Source: Candidatus Sericytochromatia bacterium
GTDB lineage: Bacteria; Cyanobacteriota; Sericytochromatia; S15B-MN24; UBA4093
Reading direction: 5' to 3'
Assembly (NCBI GenBank): GCA_036676495.1
Contig: JAKFCT010000030.1
Coordinates: 23,804-87,803 of the forward strand
DNA: 64,000 nt
The notes below the pieces were generated by a model that worked only from the letters and a program-made list of their open reading frames with translations, did not search any database and had not been told where the DNA came from. Within the stretch, counting starts at the first letter, position 1, and each line of letters begins with the position of its first letter. This document shows positions 39,088 through 48,507 of the stretch, piece after piece. The position numbers and the translations under genes were made by a program.

Positions 39088-39579
39088 CTAGCCGAGCGCC
39101 TCGCGGATCCGGGCGGGAACTTGCTTCTTGAGCCAGAAGATGATGGCGACGCTGGCGGCGATGAGGGCGATGCCGACCCAGAGCAGCGAGCGGCCGCCCA
39201 TCAGGGGAAGCGCGAAGCCGATGAAGGCCGGGATCTCGAAGCACGTCGCGGTCAGGATGACCCGCTTGCGCAGCAGCTGGGCGCGAGGAGTCAGGCCGGG
39301 CTCGCGCTCCTTGGCGCCGAACTTGCGCGCCGGGACATCTTTGAGAGCCTCGAGGCGGGTTTTCTGCCAGAGGATCCAGCCTCCGCCGAGACCGACGGCC
39401 GTCAGGACGAGCGCTCCGATGAGCGACGGAACGACCAGGGCGTTATCGCCGGGGAAGGAGCCGGGACGCATGGTGAGCAGGAGCAGCAAGAGGCCGCCAT
39501 AGAGGGCGCCCCAGATGAGCAGGGTCGAGAGCGAGCGCTGGAGGCTCTGGGTCAAGGTGAGGGTTTCGATGGACGACAT
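39088..39579 (-). CDS. Hypothetical integral membrane protein (about 4 TM), coupled to sbcD
   Basis: GGGAG RBS before MSSIETL, hydrophobic helices, stop abuts the sbcD start. Confidence 0.6.
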   Translation of the reverse strand: MSSIETLTLTQSLQRSLSTLLIWGALYGGLLLLLLTMRPGSFPGDNALVVPSLIGALVLTAVGLGGGWILWQKTRLEALKDVPARKFGAKEREPGLTPRAQLLRKRVILTATCFEIPAFIGFALPLMGGRSLLWVGIALIAASVAIIFWLKKQVPARIREALG

Positions 39580-39813
39580 GAGGACTCCCTTGGAATGGAC
39601 AGGCGAGCCCTTCCATTCTAGCAGACGGCTGCAGGGATGCGGGCCTGCGGCGGTCCCGGGGGGACGGCGAACGCGTGCGATGGCGTTCGGGAGGCGCGGA
39701 GACCTCGCGAACGCGCTTCGGACGCGGCGCATGAACAGTTATGCGGGCGAGACGCTTGCGCCCGAAGCGTTCAACGCGTAGCATGAGGCGCAATTGCGCT
39801 CAAGGAGGAAGCC

Positions 39814-40416
39814 ATGGCCCGTAAACCCCGTCACGTCTCCCCGTCCGACCCGGAAATGCTGCCCCGCCGGAAACGCTCGGCCATCGTGGGCATCGGGGTC
39901 GGCATCCTCGCCGCGGGGCTGGTGCTCTCGTCGCTGGGCCCGCTGGCGATGCTCTTCGACGGCCCTCCGGCCGCGGAAGCTCCGCATGATCACGAGGCTC
40001 ATGCCGCCGACGACGCGCGCCTCAAATCCCTCGAAGCGGCCGCCCAGAGCAATCCGCAGAATGCCGCGGGCCTGATCGCCTTGGGCAATGCCTATTTCGA
40101 CTCCGGCAAGTTCCCCCAGGCGGCCGAGACCTACACCAAGGCCCTCGCCCTGACTCCGACGAATCCGGACGTCCGGGTGGACATGGGCACGGCGCTCTTC
40201 TATCAAGGGAAGTCCCAGGAGGCGATCGCCGAGTACCATCGCGCCTTGCACGATGCTCCCGAGCACCTGAACGCCCACATGAACCTGGGCATCGTCTACC
40301 GGGCCTCCGGCAACAACACGGATGCGAAGGCCCACTGGAACAAGGCGATCAGCCTGACGCAGGATCCCGAGATCCAGAAGCGGCTCAAGACGCTGATCCA
40401 GTCGGTGGGCGGCTAG
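39814..40416 (+). CDS. Membrane-anchored TPR-repeat protein
   Basis: N-terminal TM helix. LGNAYF..GKF..A..Y.KAL.L.P TPR repeats. Confidence 0.85.
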   Translation: MARKPRHVSPSDPEMLPRRKRSAIVGIGVGILAAGLVLSSLGPLAMLFDGPPAAEAPHDHEAHAADDARLKSLEAAAQSNPQNAAGLIALGNAYFDSGKFPQAAETYTKALALTPTNPDVRVDMGTALFYQGKSQEAIAEYHRALHDAPEHLNAHMNLGIVYRASGNNTDAKAHWNKAISLTQDPEIQKRLKTLIQSVGG

Positions 40417-40511
40417 CGCCCGTCGCGGCACGCCCCGTCAGACGCGATCGCCCCGTCTTCCTCTCGTGGGAGGAGGCGGGGCGATCGCGCTTGCCGGCTG
40501 ATCCGGGGTGG

Positions 40512-40573
40512 CTAGCGCCTGCGGCTAGGGCTGAGAAAGCGTAACTGCCCTGTAGAAACGACGTTAGCTCTAG
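40512..40573. repeat. CTAG-bounded ~62-bp dispersed repeat, copy A
   Basis: Similar to 58256..58318 and 59746..59808. The right-hand CTAG is the pspC stop. Confidence 0.7.
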
Positions 40574-40770
40574 GTTTTTTCTTGGGGAAGCACGATCCAG
40601 AGGATCAGGTAGAGCACCCACATGGGGCCGGGCAGCAGGCTGAGCAGCAGCCAAATCCCCCGTGCCAGCGCGGGGGAGATGCCCATCCGCGCGGCGAGGC
40701 CGCCGCAGACGCCTGCGAGGAGTTTGTGGTTACTCGACCGGACGAGTCGGCGCGTCGACGGAAGGCTCAT
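40570..40770 (-). CDS. PspC-domain protein
   Basis: RRLVRS...KLLAGVCGGLA...YLILWIVLP. Confidence 0.85.
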   Translation of the reverse strand: MSLPSTRRLVRSSNHKLLAGVCGGLAARMGISPALARGIWLLLSLLPGPMWVLYLILWIVLPQEKT

Positions 40771-41218
40771 GCGTCTCTCCTGCAGGTAGGACCAGGGGGG
40801 CGGAGGGTTCGAGGGGCATGACGACCCAAGCGACCAGGTAGGCCAGCAGGGCGGCGCCGCCGGTGAAGACGATGGCCGCCACGGCCGCGAGCCGAACGAG
40901 GGCGGGATCCACCTTGAAGGTCTCGGCGAGGCCGCCGCAAACTCCGGCGACCATCCGCTCGGATGCCGAGCGGTGCAGACGGCTGGGGGGCTTCGAGGCG
41001 ACCCCAGGGGTCGCGGAAGCCTCGGGAACGAGGATCCAGGCCGCCAGGTAAACCAGGAGGAAGACGCCTCCGCTGAAGACGGCCAGGGCGACGAAGAGGA
41101 TGCGGATCCAGACGGGATCCACCTTCATGTACTCGGCCAGCCCTCCGGCGACCCCGGCGATCATGCGATCGGAGACGGATCGGGTGAGGCGACGGACGGG
41201 AAGATTCGATGGGTTCAT
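40730..41218 (-). CDS. Tandem PspC-domain protein
   Basis: Two RL.RS...RM.AGV.GGLAE..KVDP..(I/V)R...YL.AW...P repeats. AGGAGG RBS. Confidence 0.85.
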   Translation of the reverse strand: MNPSNLPVRRLTRSVSDRMIAGVAGGLAEYMKVDPVWIRILFVALAVFSGGVFLLVYLAAWILVPEASATPGVASKPPSRLHRSASERMVAGVCGGLAETFKVDPALVRLAAVAAIVFTGGAALLAYLVAWVVMPLEPSAPLVLPAGETHEPSVDAPTRPVE

Positions 41219-41344
41219 GGCGACCTCCTGGGGGCTCCGCGGATATCCTTTGCCCGCCCCGATTCTAGTCCTGTTCGCTTCCGATGACAAGGCTCCCATG
41301 ACCCGGGAAGGGGCCATGGGAGCCTCGAGCGGATTTGCCGGGGT

Positions 41345-42136
41345 CTAGAAGACGCCGATGGCGAGCGCCATGCCGATGCCCGTCGCCACGACCGCCAGGA
41401 GGCGCCAGCCATCCCGGGAACGCTTCTGCGCGAGCGCGTTGGCCTGCAACTCGAGGGCGCAAGCCTGAAGGCTGCGGGCCAGCCCCTCACGGTCGTCGGG
41501 AGCGGCCATGACCGCCCCGATCACCCGGTGCATCTCCTCGGAGTCGCAGCGGCGCGCCAAGGCCACGAGCGCTTCGTTCCGGCCGCTGCCCAGGCGGGTA
41601 TCCTGGAGGTAGCGGAACCACTCGTCCTTGAGCTCCTTGCCCGAGCGGATCCGGGCGCGGATCGCCATGCCGACCGCCGATTCGAAGGGCATGCCGACCA
41701 GGAGGTAACAGGCGACGGTATCCACCCAATCGGGAAGCGCGCGGGAGATCCGGTCGCGGCGGCGGCGCGCCGTGCCCTCCAGCAGGCTGCCCCCGAGCAT
41801 CCAGGCGAGCGCCGCGAGGGCCGTCCCCCCGACCAGGCCCCAGAGGGCGCCGGAGCGATCCGCGATCCAGCCGGCGTAGACCACCCCGAAGACTCCGGCG
41901 ACGAGGACGCCTCCCACCGCGAGGGGACGGGGCCCCTTGGCGGTCCCGAGGGCCCTCACGAAGTCGAGCAGCCAGACCGAGGCCCCCGACCATCCGCTTG
42001 AAACCGTCCAGCCGTCCACCTCGCTGAGCATGTCGAGCCGGCGGGCGACCGCACGCTTCTTCTTCAAGGCGCCGACCCGCAGCATCATCAGCGCGACGAG
42101 GGTGCCGAGAATTGCCAGTCCGAACAGGAAAGCCAT
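41345..42136 (-). CDS. Divergent TadC-like (T2SS F family) protein
   Basis: ALPDWVD......GMPFESA, DTRLGSGRNEALVALARRC resemble the TadC at 48508. Confidence 0.65.
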   Translation of the reverse strand: MAFLFGLAILGTLVALMMLRVGALKKKRAVARRLDMLSEVDGWTVSSGWSGASVWLLDFVRALGTAKGPRPLAVGGVLVAGVFGVVYAGWIADRSGALWGLVGGTALAALAWMLGGSLLEGTARRRRDRISRALPDWVDTVACYLLVGMPFESAVGMAIRARIRSGKELKDEWFRYLQDTRLGSGRNEALVALARRCDSEEMHRVIGAVMAAPDDREGLARSLQACALELQANALAQKRSRDGWRLLAVVATGIGMALAIGVF

Positions 42137-42137
42137 C

Positions 42138-42833
42138 CTAGCCTCCTCCCCAGGCGCCGTCCAGGACGCCGATCAGGCGGCGTCGCCCATCCAGCAGCTC
42201 GGCGATGCCGTCCAGGGCTGCGGCCAAGCGCTGGCCCTTCTGGGGATGGTAGGCGATCGCCTTGGCCAGGATCTCCGTCTCCAGGATCGGAATCCGGGCC
42301 GCGAAGCGCTCCAAGGCCTGTTCTTCGGGGAGGCCACTCGCCACGTCCTCGCGCACCTTCCCGAACTGAGACGCCACCGGCTGCATGCCGGATTTCTCGA
42401 CGGCTTCGAGGGCCGCGAAGAACGAATTGGTCGCCCTCAGGCGCTCCGACAAGATCCGGACGGCAGCCGGAAGCTGTCGCCGCACCATGCGCATGCTCCA
42501 TCCCTTCCAGAGCAAATCACCGCAGCCGAGCACGAGGACGAAGCCCGAGACGGCCACGACGGCCTGCAAGGGCCCCCAGGCGATCCATGCCGGCCCCATG
42601 AGCAGCGCCGCCATGACGGCGAGCCGGAGGGCACGCGGCACGTGCCGCCGGCGCTTGCGCGCCTTGGCCTTGCGCGGGCGCTTGCGGGCGTCTTCCACGG
42701 GCACCAAGGCGCCGCCGACGGTTTCCAGACGATCGAGGCGCATGCGGACGCCAGCCCGGGGGCGTGCCGGCACGAGGGCCAGAACGCCCAGGGCCGCGAG
42801 GGTCACGGCCAGGAAGAGCAGTAGATACGTCAT
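42138..42833 (-). CDS. Divergent, C-terminally shortened TadB-like protein
   Basis: RQLPAAVRILSERLRA..SF..AL, PVASQFGKV.EDVASGLPEEQAL. Confidence 0.65.
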   Translation of the reverse strand: MTYLLLFLAVTLAALGVLALVPARPRAGVRMRLDRLETVGGALVPVEDARKRPRKAKARKRRRHVPRALRLAVMAALLMGPAWIAWGPLQAVVAVSGFVLVLGCGDLLWKGWSMRMVRRQLPAAVRILSERLRATNSFFAALEAVEKSGMQPVASQFGKVREDVASGLPEEQALERFAARIPILETEILAKAIAYHPQKGQRLAAALDGIAELLDGRRRLIGVLDGAWGGG

Positions 42834-42845
42834 TCCCGCGCCCCG

Positions 42846-43988
42846 CTAGGCCCCGAACCCGTTCGGGGTCGGTCCCCGGCGCAGCCAGTTCAAGAGTCCC
42901 TGCCAGGGCTGCGCCTGCGCCGTCACCAAGGCCATGGTCTGACGCGGCTCGCCCATGGCGGCGACCAGGCGGGAGAGCTCGCGCGCCAACGGGCCGCGGG
43001 GATCCGATTGCAGGATCGGGATGCCCTGGTTGATGGCCGCGCGCACCTTTCCCGGATCATGGGGAAGGCTCCAGTCGACGGGGCGCTTGAGCGTCCGGGC
43101 GGCATCCTCGCGTGTGACCTCGGAGCGCTCTGCCCAGCAGACGAACTCGAAGCGGGAGGTGTCGATTCCCCTTTCCCGGCAGGCGGCCAGGTCGCGCTGC
43201 AGGGCCCGCAAATGGCTGAGATCCAGGTTCAACGGCACGTAGACCCGATCGGCCTCGCTGAGGAAGAGCCGGTTGAACTCCTTCAGGGAGGGATGGGTAT
43301 CCACCACGGTCCACGCGTCCCGCTGCTTCAGCCAGCCCAGCAAGGGGGCGAGACCGTCGGGAGTGAGGGGCAGATCGGAGCCACTGGACGCCAGGAGCTT
43401 CACCCCGGTCGGGTGCGCCACCAGCGCGGCATCCAGGCGATGCGGCGACGTCACCGCCGAGAGGCCCGGAGCTTGGAGATTGAGGAAGAGGTCCTGCTCT
43501 CCGTGCTCGAAGGCTCCGTCGAGCACGATCGTCTCGCGCGACGTGCCCCGGGAGAGGGCGATGGCGAGGTTGGTCGCCAGTTGCGAGCGGCCGGAGCCGC
43601 CCTTGGGGCCATAGACGACGATGAGCTTGCCGGGACGGGGACGCTCCGGCATGGTCCGGGCCTGCTCCGAGGCGATCCGCGCGAGGGCCGCGTCGAGGTG
43701 CTCCGAGCTCGCCACGTCCTTCATGCCCGCGGGGCCATCCACCAGCAGGAAGCGCGCTTCCGGACAGGCCGCGCGGAGCCCGGCCACCAGGGCCTCGGAA
43801 CCGGCGCTCCATGCCACGATCAACAGATCCGGGCGGCTCAAGGAGGCGAACCCGATGGCCTCCTCTCCGAGGGCCTCCCCGATCAGCGAGAACCCGGCCT
43901 GGGTTCGGACCCGCGCGCCGACGGTGCTCCAGCCGGTCTCCTCGAACGGCGTCTGGGAGGAAGAGACCAGCAAGGTGCGCAACAACAT
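42846..43988 (-). CDS. CpaE/TadZ-like receiver + MinD/ParA-type ATPase
   Basis: Degenerate receiver domain, VYGPKGGSGRS, A.NQGIP. Paralogue of 51857..53137. Confidence 0.75.
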   Translation of the reverse strand: MLLRTLLVSSSQTPFEETGWSTVGARVRTQAGFSLIGEALGEEAIGFASLSRPDLLIVAWSAGSEALVAGLRAACPEARFLLVDGPAGMKDVASSEHLDAALARIASEQARTMPERPRPGKLIVVYGPKGGSGRSQLATNLAIALSRGTSRETIVLDGAFEHGEQDLFLNLQAPGLSAVTSPHRLDAALVAHPTGVKLLASSGSDLPLTPDGLAPLLGWLKQRDAWTVVDTHPSLKEFNRLFLSEADRVYVPLNLDLSHLRALQRDLAACRERGIDTSRFEFVCWAERSEVTREDAARTLKRPVDWSLPHDPGKVRAAINQGIPILQSDPRGPLARELSRLVAAMGEPRQTMALVTAQAQPWQGLLNWLRRGPTPNGFGA

Positions 43989-43990
43989 GG

Positions 43991-44326
43991 CTACGACGCT
44001 CCTTTGGCGGACGGGGACGGAGCGGCATCGATGATCTCGACCTTCAGGTCGGGACCGTCCCAGGAAAAGACGATCTGGCCGGGGCGATCATGGGTGACCA
44101 CCACGCGGCGCACGTTGCGCGGGGCGGCTCCGGGCAGCGCCTCGGCGGTCAGCGCCCCGGCAGCCGGCGCGGGGGCCGCGACGGCGGGCAGGATCAGGGT
44201 CGCGGGCTCCATCCCGGAGGTCGTCGGGGGCTCTTGCTGGGTGGCGTAGAGGGCTCCGGTGGCGAGCAGGCCGCAGCAGGCGGCGATCACGATCCGTTGC
44301 GGCGTGAGGTTGCTCGTGAGGCTCAT
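43991..44326 (-). CDS. Small exported or membrane-anchored hypothetical protein
   Basis: GGGAGG RBS, hydrophobic N-terminus, first gene of the satellite Tad unit. Confidence 0.5.
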   Translation of the reverse strand: MSLTSNLTPQRIVIAACCGLLATGALYATQQEPPTTSGMEPATLILPAVAAPAPAAGALTAEALPGAAPRNVRRVVVTHDRPGQIVFSWDGPDLKVEIIDAAPSPSAKGAS

Positions 44327-44571
44327 GGGGGACCTCCCTTCGTGGCATGTCTCGACCGCTGGGCTCATGATCATGGCACCCGCGCCAGGTCAAAGCCGGT
44401 CGCCGCCTTTCTCCCTTATCCCGCGCCGGGCTTAACCCGAGCTGAAGCGGATGTTGCGCGCAGATGAATCCACCGCTTGCAAGCTCCCTTCATACCGGGT
44501 TAACACCGGGGCCATTCCCGCACAACACGCCCTTCCTAGGCTGGAGTCGCCCTTTATGCAAAGGAGGATTC

Positions 44572-45681
44572 ATGAGCATCCGCGTTCGATACGCCCTGGC
44601 GATCGCGCTCCTCGCCCCACTGAGCGGCTGCTTCATGTGGCCCAGCACCAACGTGCAGCCTCCCGGCTGGGTCGAGCCCCCGGTGGACGGGAACTCCTAC
44701 ACGCCGGGACAACCTTCCCAGAACCCCGAGATCGAGATCGCCCGCCCCGGGTTGAACGGGGGCACGTTCACGGGCAGCGGAGGCTCCGGGGCCGCGGACG
44801 GCGTCGCTTCGGCGGCCCAGTTCCGAGAGCCGGAAGGCATGGCGATCGCCCCGGACGGCACGATCTACGTCGCCGAGCCCTATGCGTATCGCATCCGGAA
44901 GGTCACTCCGGACGGCCGGGTCTCCACCCTGGCCGGAGGCACGCTCGGCCGCTCCGACGGAACCGGCAGCGGCGCCCAGTTCTTCGGGCCCAAGGACCTG
45001 GTCGTCGGTGACGGCGGAAACCTCTACGTCGTCGACTTCGACAAGGTGCGCCAGGTCACCCCGGACGGCCGGGTCACCACCCTCTCCTTCCAGACCTCCG
45101 AAGGAGTTTGGGAGCCCGTCGAGCTCATGGGAATCGCCCGTGCCCCCGACGGCACCTTCTTCGTCTCCACCACCACCGGCATCGACCGGATCCAGGGGGG
45201 AGTCGCGAGCCGCTGGGTCGGCGCCGACGCCAAGGGCTTCCGGGACGGCTCCGGCACCGCGGCCTACTTCAATCTCCCGCGCAAACTGACCCTCGACAAC
45301 CAGAACAACCTCTACGTCGCCGACTACGGAAACCTCCGCATCCGCAAGGTCACCCCCACCCGGCAGGTCACCACCGTCGCCGGCAACGGCATCCTGGGTT
45401 TCAGCGACGGCATGAGCGCCCAATCCCGCCTGAACTTCCCGACGGGGATCACGACGGACGCCCAAGGGAACGTGATCGTGGCGGATACGTACAACCATGC
45501 GGTCCGCATGCTCGCGCCCGACGGGCGCGTCACGACGCTGGCCGGCAACAACGTGGCCGGCTTCCAGGATGGCATCGCCGCTGTGGTCCAGTTCAATCAC
45601 CCGACCGACGTCGCCGTGGGCCCCGACGGCCGCATCTACGTCGCCGATCGCCAAAACCATCGCATCCGGGTTCTGAGATAA
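44572..45681 (+). CDS. NHL-repeat lipoprotein
   Basis: Lipobox LSGC, repeated F..P.G.A..PDG.IYVAD..N.RIR. Confidence 0.88.
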   Translation: MSIRVRYALAIALLAPLSGCFMWPSTNVQPPGWVEPPVDGNSYTPGQPSQNPEIEIARPGLNGGTFTGSGGSGAADGVASAAQFREPEGMAIAPDGTIYVAEPYAYRIRKVTPDGRVSTLAGGTLGRSDGTGSGAQFFGPKDLVVGDGGNLYVVDFDKVRQVTPDGRVTTLSFQTSEGVWEPVELMGIARAPDGTFFVSTTTGIDRIQGGVASRWVGADAKGFRDGSGTAAYFNLPRKLTLDNQNNLYVADYGNLRIRKVTPTRQVTTVAGNGILGFSDGMSAQSRLNFPTGITTDAQGNVIVADTYNHAVRMLAPDGRVTTLAGNNVAGFQDGIAAVVQFNHPTDVAVGPDGRIYVADRQNHRIRVLR

Positions 45682-45690
45682 GGAGAAGCC

Positions 45691-46866
45691 ATGCCGATAC
45701 GTAGCCTGCTCCTTGCCCTTTCGGTCACGCTCGTGGCCTGCAGCAGCCCGCCGCCGTCCGCGCCCGGGGTCGAGGCCACCCCGCCCCCCTCCCGGAACAC
45801 CGTGCAGCCGGTGCCGACCCCGCCGCCCGGCACGACTCCCGTCACCGTGAGCGATCCCTTCGTCTGGACGGTCGCAGGAAACGGAACGCCCGGCTTCCTG
45901 GACGCGGCGCTGGGGCATGAGGGGATGCTGCGCTCGCCGACGGGCATGGTCGTCATCCGAGGAGATACGTACATCGCGGATTCCGCCAACCACCGGATCC
46001 GCCGGCTCACCTACGACGGCGTGCTGGAAACCGCGGTCGGCACGGGAGAGCGCGGCAACAACGGGGACGGGACGAACGGACGCTTGCTCAAGCTCGATAC
46101 CCCATTCAAGGTGACGGCCGACGAAGCCAGCGGCAATGTCTTCTTCAGCGAGCTGGGCGGCAACCTGATCCGCTGCATCGACATCTCCCAGCGGATCATC
46201 ACGATCGCCGGGGGAGGCGACTACCTGCCGGACGTGGGCACGTCCATGCGCGGCGTCTACGTGCAGCTCTCGGAGCCCGCAGGCCTGGCCTTCGACTCGG
46301 CCGGCGACCTCTACGTGGCCGAGCGCGGAGGCCACCGGATCCTCCGCATCTCCCCGGACTGGATGGTGACGGTCGTGGCGGGCAGTGGCTATCCCGGCTT
46401 CGCGGGAGATGAGCGCCAGGCGCTGGATGCCGAGTTCTCCCAGCCCACCGACGTCTACGTGGACGACCAGGACAACGTCTACATCGCGGACACGGGCAAC
46501 CACCGCATCCGGCGCATCGGAGGCGACGGCACGGTTACGACCGTGGCAGGCAACGGCGTGGCCGGAGGCGAAGGGGACGGCGGGCTCGCGACGGAAGCCC
46601 AGCTCAACCAGCCGACCGGCATCACGATGGATGCCTTCGGCAACCTCTACATCGCGGACTCGGGCAACCACCGTATCCGGCAAGTCCAGCCGGACGGCAC
46701 GATCACCACGATCGCCGGCTCGATCTTCGGCGGGTACGGCGGTGACGGGGGCCTTCCGGCCCAGGCCCAGTTCAACATCCCCTACGGGCTGACAGCGGCT
46801 CCGGGTGGCGTCCTGCTGGTCGCCGACCGCGACAACCACCGCCTGCGCCAGTTCACGCTGCCGTAG
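45691..46866 (+). CDS. NHL-repeat lipoprotein
   Basis: Lipobox LVAC, GDGG.A..A.L..P.G and YIAD.GNHRIR repeats. Confidence 0.88.
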   Translation: MPIRSLLLALSVTLVACSSPPPSAPGVEATPPPSRNTVQPVPTPPPGTTPVTVSDPFVWTVAGNGTPGFLDAALGHEGMLRSPTGMVVIRGDTYIADSANHRIRRLTYDGVLETAVGTGERGNNGDGTNGRLLKLDTPFKVTADEASGNVFFSELGGNLIRCIDISQRIITIAGGGDYLPDVGTSMRGVYVQLSEPAGLAFDSAGDLYVAERGGHRILRISPDWMVTVVAGSGYPGFAGDERQALDAEFSQPTDVYVDDQDNVYIADTGNHRIRRIGGDGTVTTVAGNGVAGGEGDGGLATEAQLNQPTGITMDAFGNLYIADSGNHRIRQVQPDGTITTIAGSIFGGYGGDGGLPAQAQFNIPYGLTAAPGGVLLVADRDNHRLRQFTLP

Positions 46867-47110
46867 GGCGCGCGACAGGGCGATCGCCCCCGCTCATGTT
46901 TGAGCGGGGGCTGTTTTCGTCGCGGCCGCCCCGCGCGAAGGCCCTGGCGTCCCCGTCAGCGGGTTCAGAAAGACGGAGAAGCACGGTATCATGGAGGCCA
47001 TGCCGGCGGATTCGACGCTGGCCGCCAGAGCGGCCGCGCGGAGTGCATGGGCATGCGCGACCCCGAGCTCTGACCGTGACGAAAGGCAGGATGCCGTGGA
47101 AGAGAGGCTA

Positions 47111-47533
47111 GTGACGACCCAGCGCCCCAGCCTGGAGGCGATCTACATGCGGCTGGCGGGGATGCTCGCGCAGCGAAGCACCTGCTCCCGGCTGCAGGTC
47201 GGGGCCGTGGTGGCCTCCCCGGACATGCGCGAGATCTTCGCCGTGGGCTACAACGGAGGCCCGGTAGGCGGCTTCAACGACTGCCTGAGCGAAGAACCGG
47301 GCCGCTGCGGCCATGCCCATGCCGAGGACAACGCCTGTAACTTCGCCCCCGCGCGCGTCCCCAAGATCATGCTGGTGACCCATTTCCCCTGCCCTGCGTG
47401 CTGCGTGCGGATCGTCAACAAGCTGGGCTTCGAGCGGGTCTACTACCAGCAGGTCTACCGCGACATGGCGGGCCTGGAGATCCTCGAGCGGGCGGGCATC
47501 ACCGTCGCGCAGCTCGATCCCAGCTTGGCCTAG
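47111..47533 (+). CDS. dCMP deaminase / ComEB-like zinc-dependent deaminase
   Basis: RSTC.RLQVGAV, GYNG, HAE, PCPAC. Start codon uncertain. Confidence 0.85.
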   Translation: MTTQRPSLEAIYMRLAGMLAQRSTCSRLQVGAVVASPDMREIFAVGYNGGPVGGFNDCLSEEPGRCGHAHAEDNACNFAPARVPKIMLVTHFPCPACCVRIVNKLGFERVYYQQVYRDMAGLEILERAGITVAQLDPSLA

Positions 47534-47637
47534 CTCCGCTCCCCCAAGGGCCGCTTGACGCTTGCCTAAGGAGGTAGGATCCCGAATAGGGCTCCCCAGT
47601 GGGGGGAGCGGCCAAGTATCGGGAGGAGGGTCCGCGC

Positions 47638-48309
47638 GTGAAACGAGCAGCCTTGAGCCCCGCCATCGGGATCGCGGCCGGGATCGCCGTCGGCACGGCC
47701 TGCCTGGGCCTGGCCCCGCCGGCCGTCGCCCATGGGGGGGAACTGGAGTGTCCGCACTGTGAGCAGGGGATGATGGCCCCGGGCGGCGGCGGGGGCATGC
47801 GCGGCGACATGCGGATGATGCGGGGCCACCGCGGCCTCGGGCACAAGCACTTCAACATGGTCGTCCAGCCCTACTGGAACATGAACCAGGATGCCATCTA
47901 CACGCTCTTCGGCATGGAGATGATCAAGCAGGACTCGCTGGGCTGGAAGGGCGGGTTCGGCATGTACGGCGGCATGAACTTCGGAGTCACCACCCAGACG
48001 AACACCTTCCACTACGGAGGAGGCATCTTCGGCAAGGACTTCAGCGCCGGCCCCCTCTCCTTGACGACCGGTGTCCTGCTGGGCTTCGGTAAGACCGCCA
48101 ACATCCTGCCCCAGGTGCTGCCCGCCGGCATCGGCAACTACTACATGTTCGGCGTGGGCGCCCCCCGCGTCGGCCTGGCATGGACCGTCTACGATCGCAT
48201 GGAGATCGGCCTCGATGCCTCGTACCTGTTCACGACCAACCCCACGATCGGGAACAGTCCCGCCGTCAGCTTGCGCCTCTCGACCATTTCCTGGGGGCGC
48301 GGGCATTAG
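47638..48309 (+). CDS. Exported protein with a CxxC/Met/His-rich N-region and a probable beta-barrel
   Basis: GGAGGAGG RBS before GTG, signal peptide ending AVA, CPHC, alternating aromatic beta-strands. Confidence 0.6.
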   Translation: MKRAALSPAIGIAAGIAVGTACLGLAPPAVAHGGELECPHCEQGMMAPGGGGGMRGDMRMMRGHRGLGHKHFNMVVQPYWNMNQDAIYTLFGMEMIKQDSLGWKGGFGMYGGMNFGVTTQTNTFHYGGGIFGKDFSAGPLSLTTGVLLGFGKTANILPQVLPAGIGNYYMFGVGAPRVGLAWTVYDRMEIGLDASYLFTTNPTIGNSPAVSLRLSTISWGRGH

Positions 48310-48353
48310 CCAGCTAAGGGATAGTCTCAGAAGGAGGGACTATCCCTTCAGAC

Positions 48354-48405
48354 GTCATTCCCGCGAAAGCGGGAATCCAGGGGGCCCCGTTTCTACGGGG
48401 ATGAC
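48354..48405. repeat. GTCATTCCCGCGAAAGCGGGAATCCAG-type palindromic repeat (dRS3-like), degenerate
   Basis: ATTCCC-N8-GGGAAT core with an inverted GGGGATGAC end. Confidence 0.6.
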
Positions 48406-48444
48406 GGGGTTGAGGGCGGGACGGACGTCCGTGCATGCGTGAGC

Positions 48445-48480
48445 AAAAAAAGGGCTGTCTCACGACGGTGAGACAGCCCT
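48445..48480 (-). terminator. Intrinsic terminator of the tad operon
   Basis: 13-bp stem AGGGCTGTCTCAC followed by a T-run on the minus strand. Confidence 0.75.
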
Positions 48481-48507
48481 CTATTGCGCAAGGCATTGAC
48501 GTTCGCT

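Noticed and set aside
40512-40573. Conserved element 9 nt after TAG as a stop-codon readthrough (PYLIS-like) signal
   Set aside because: In copy A an in-frame TAA follows two codons after the TAG, and the 8238 variant supplies a stop from its opposite end.
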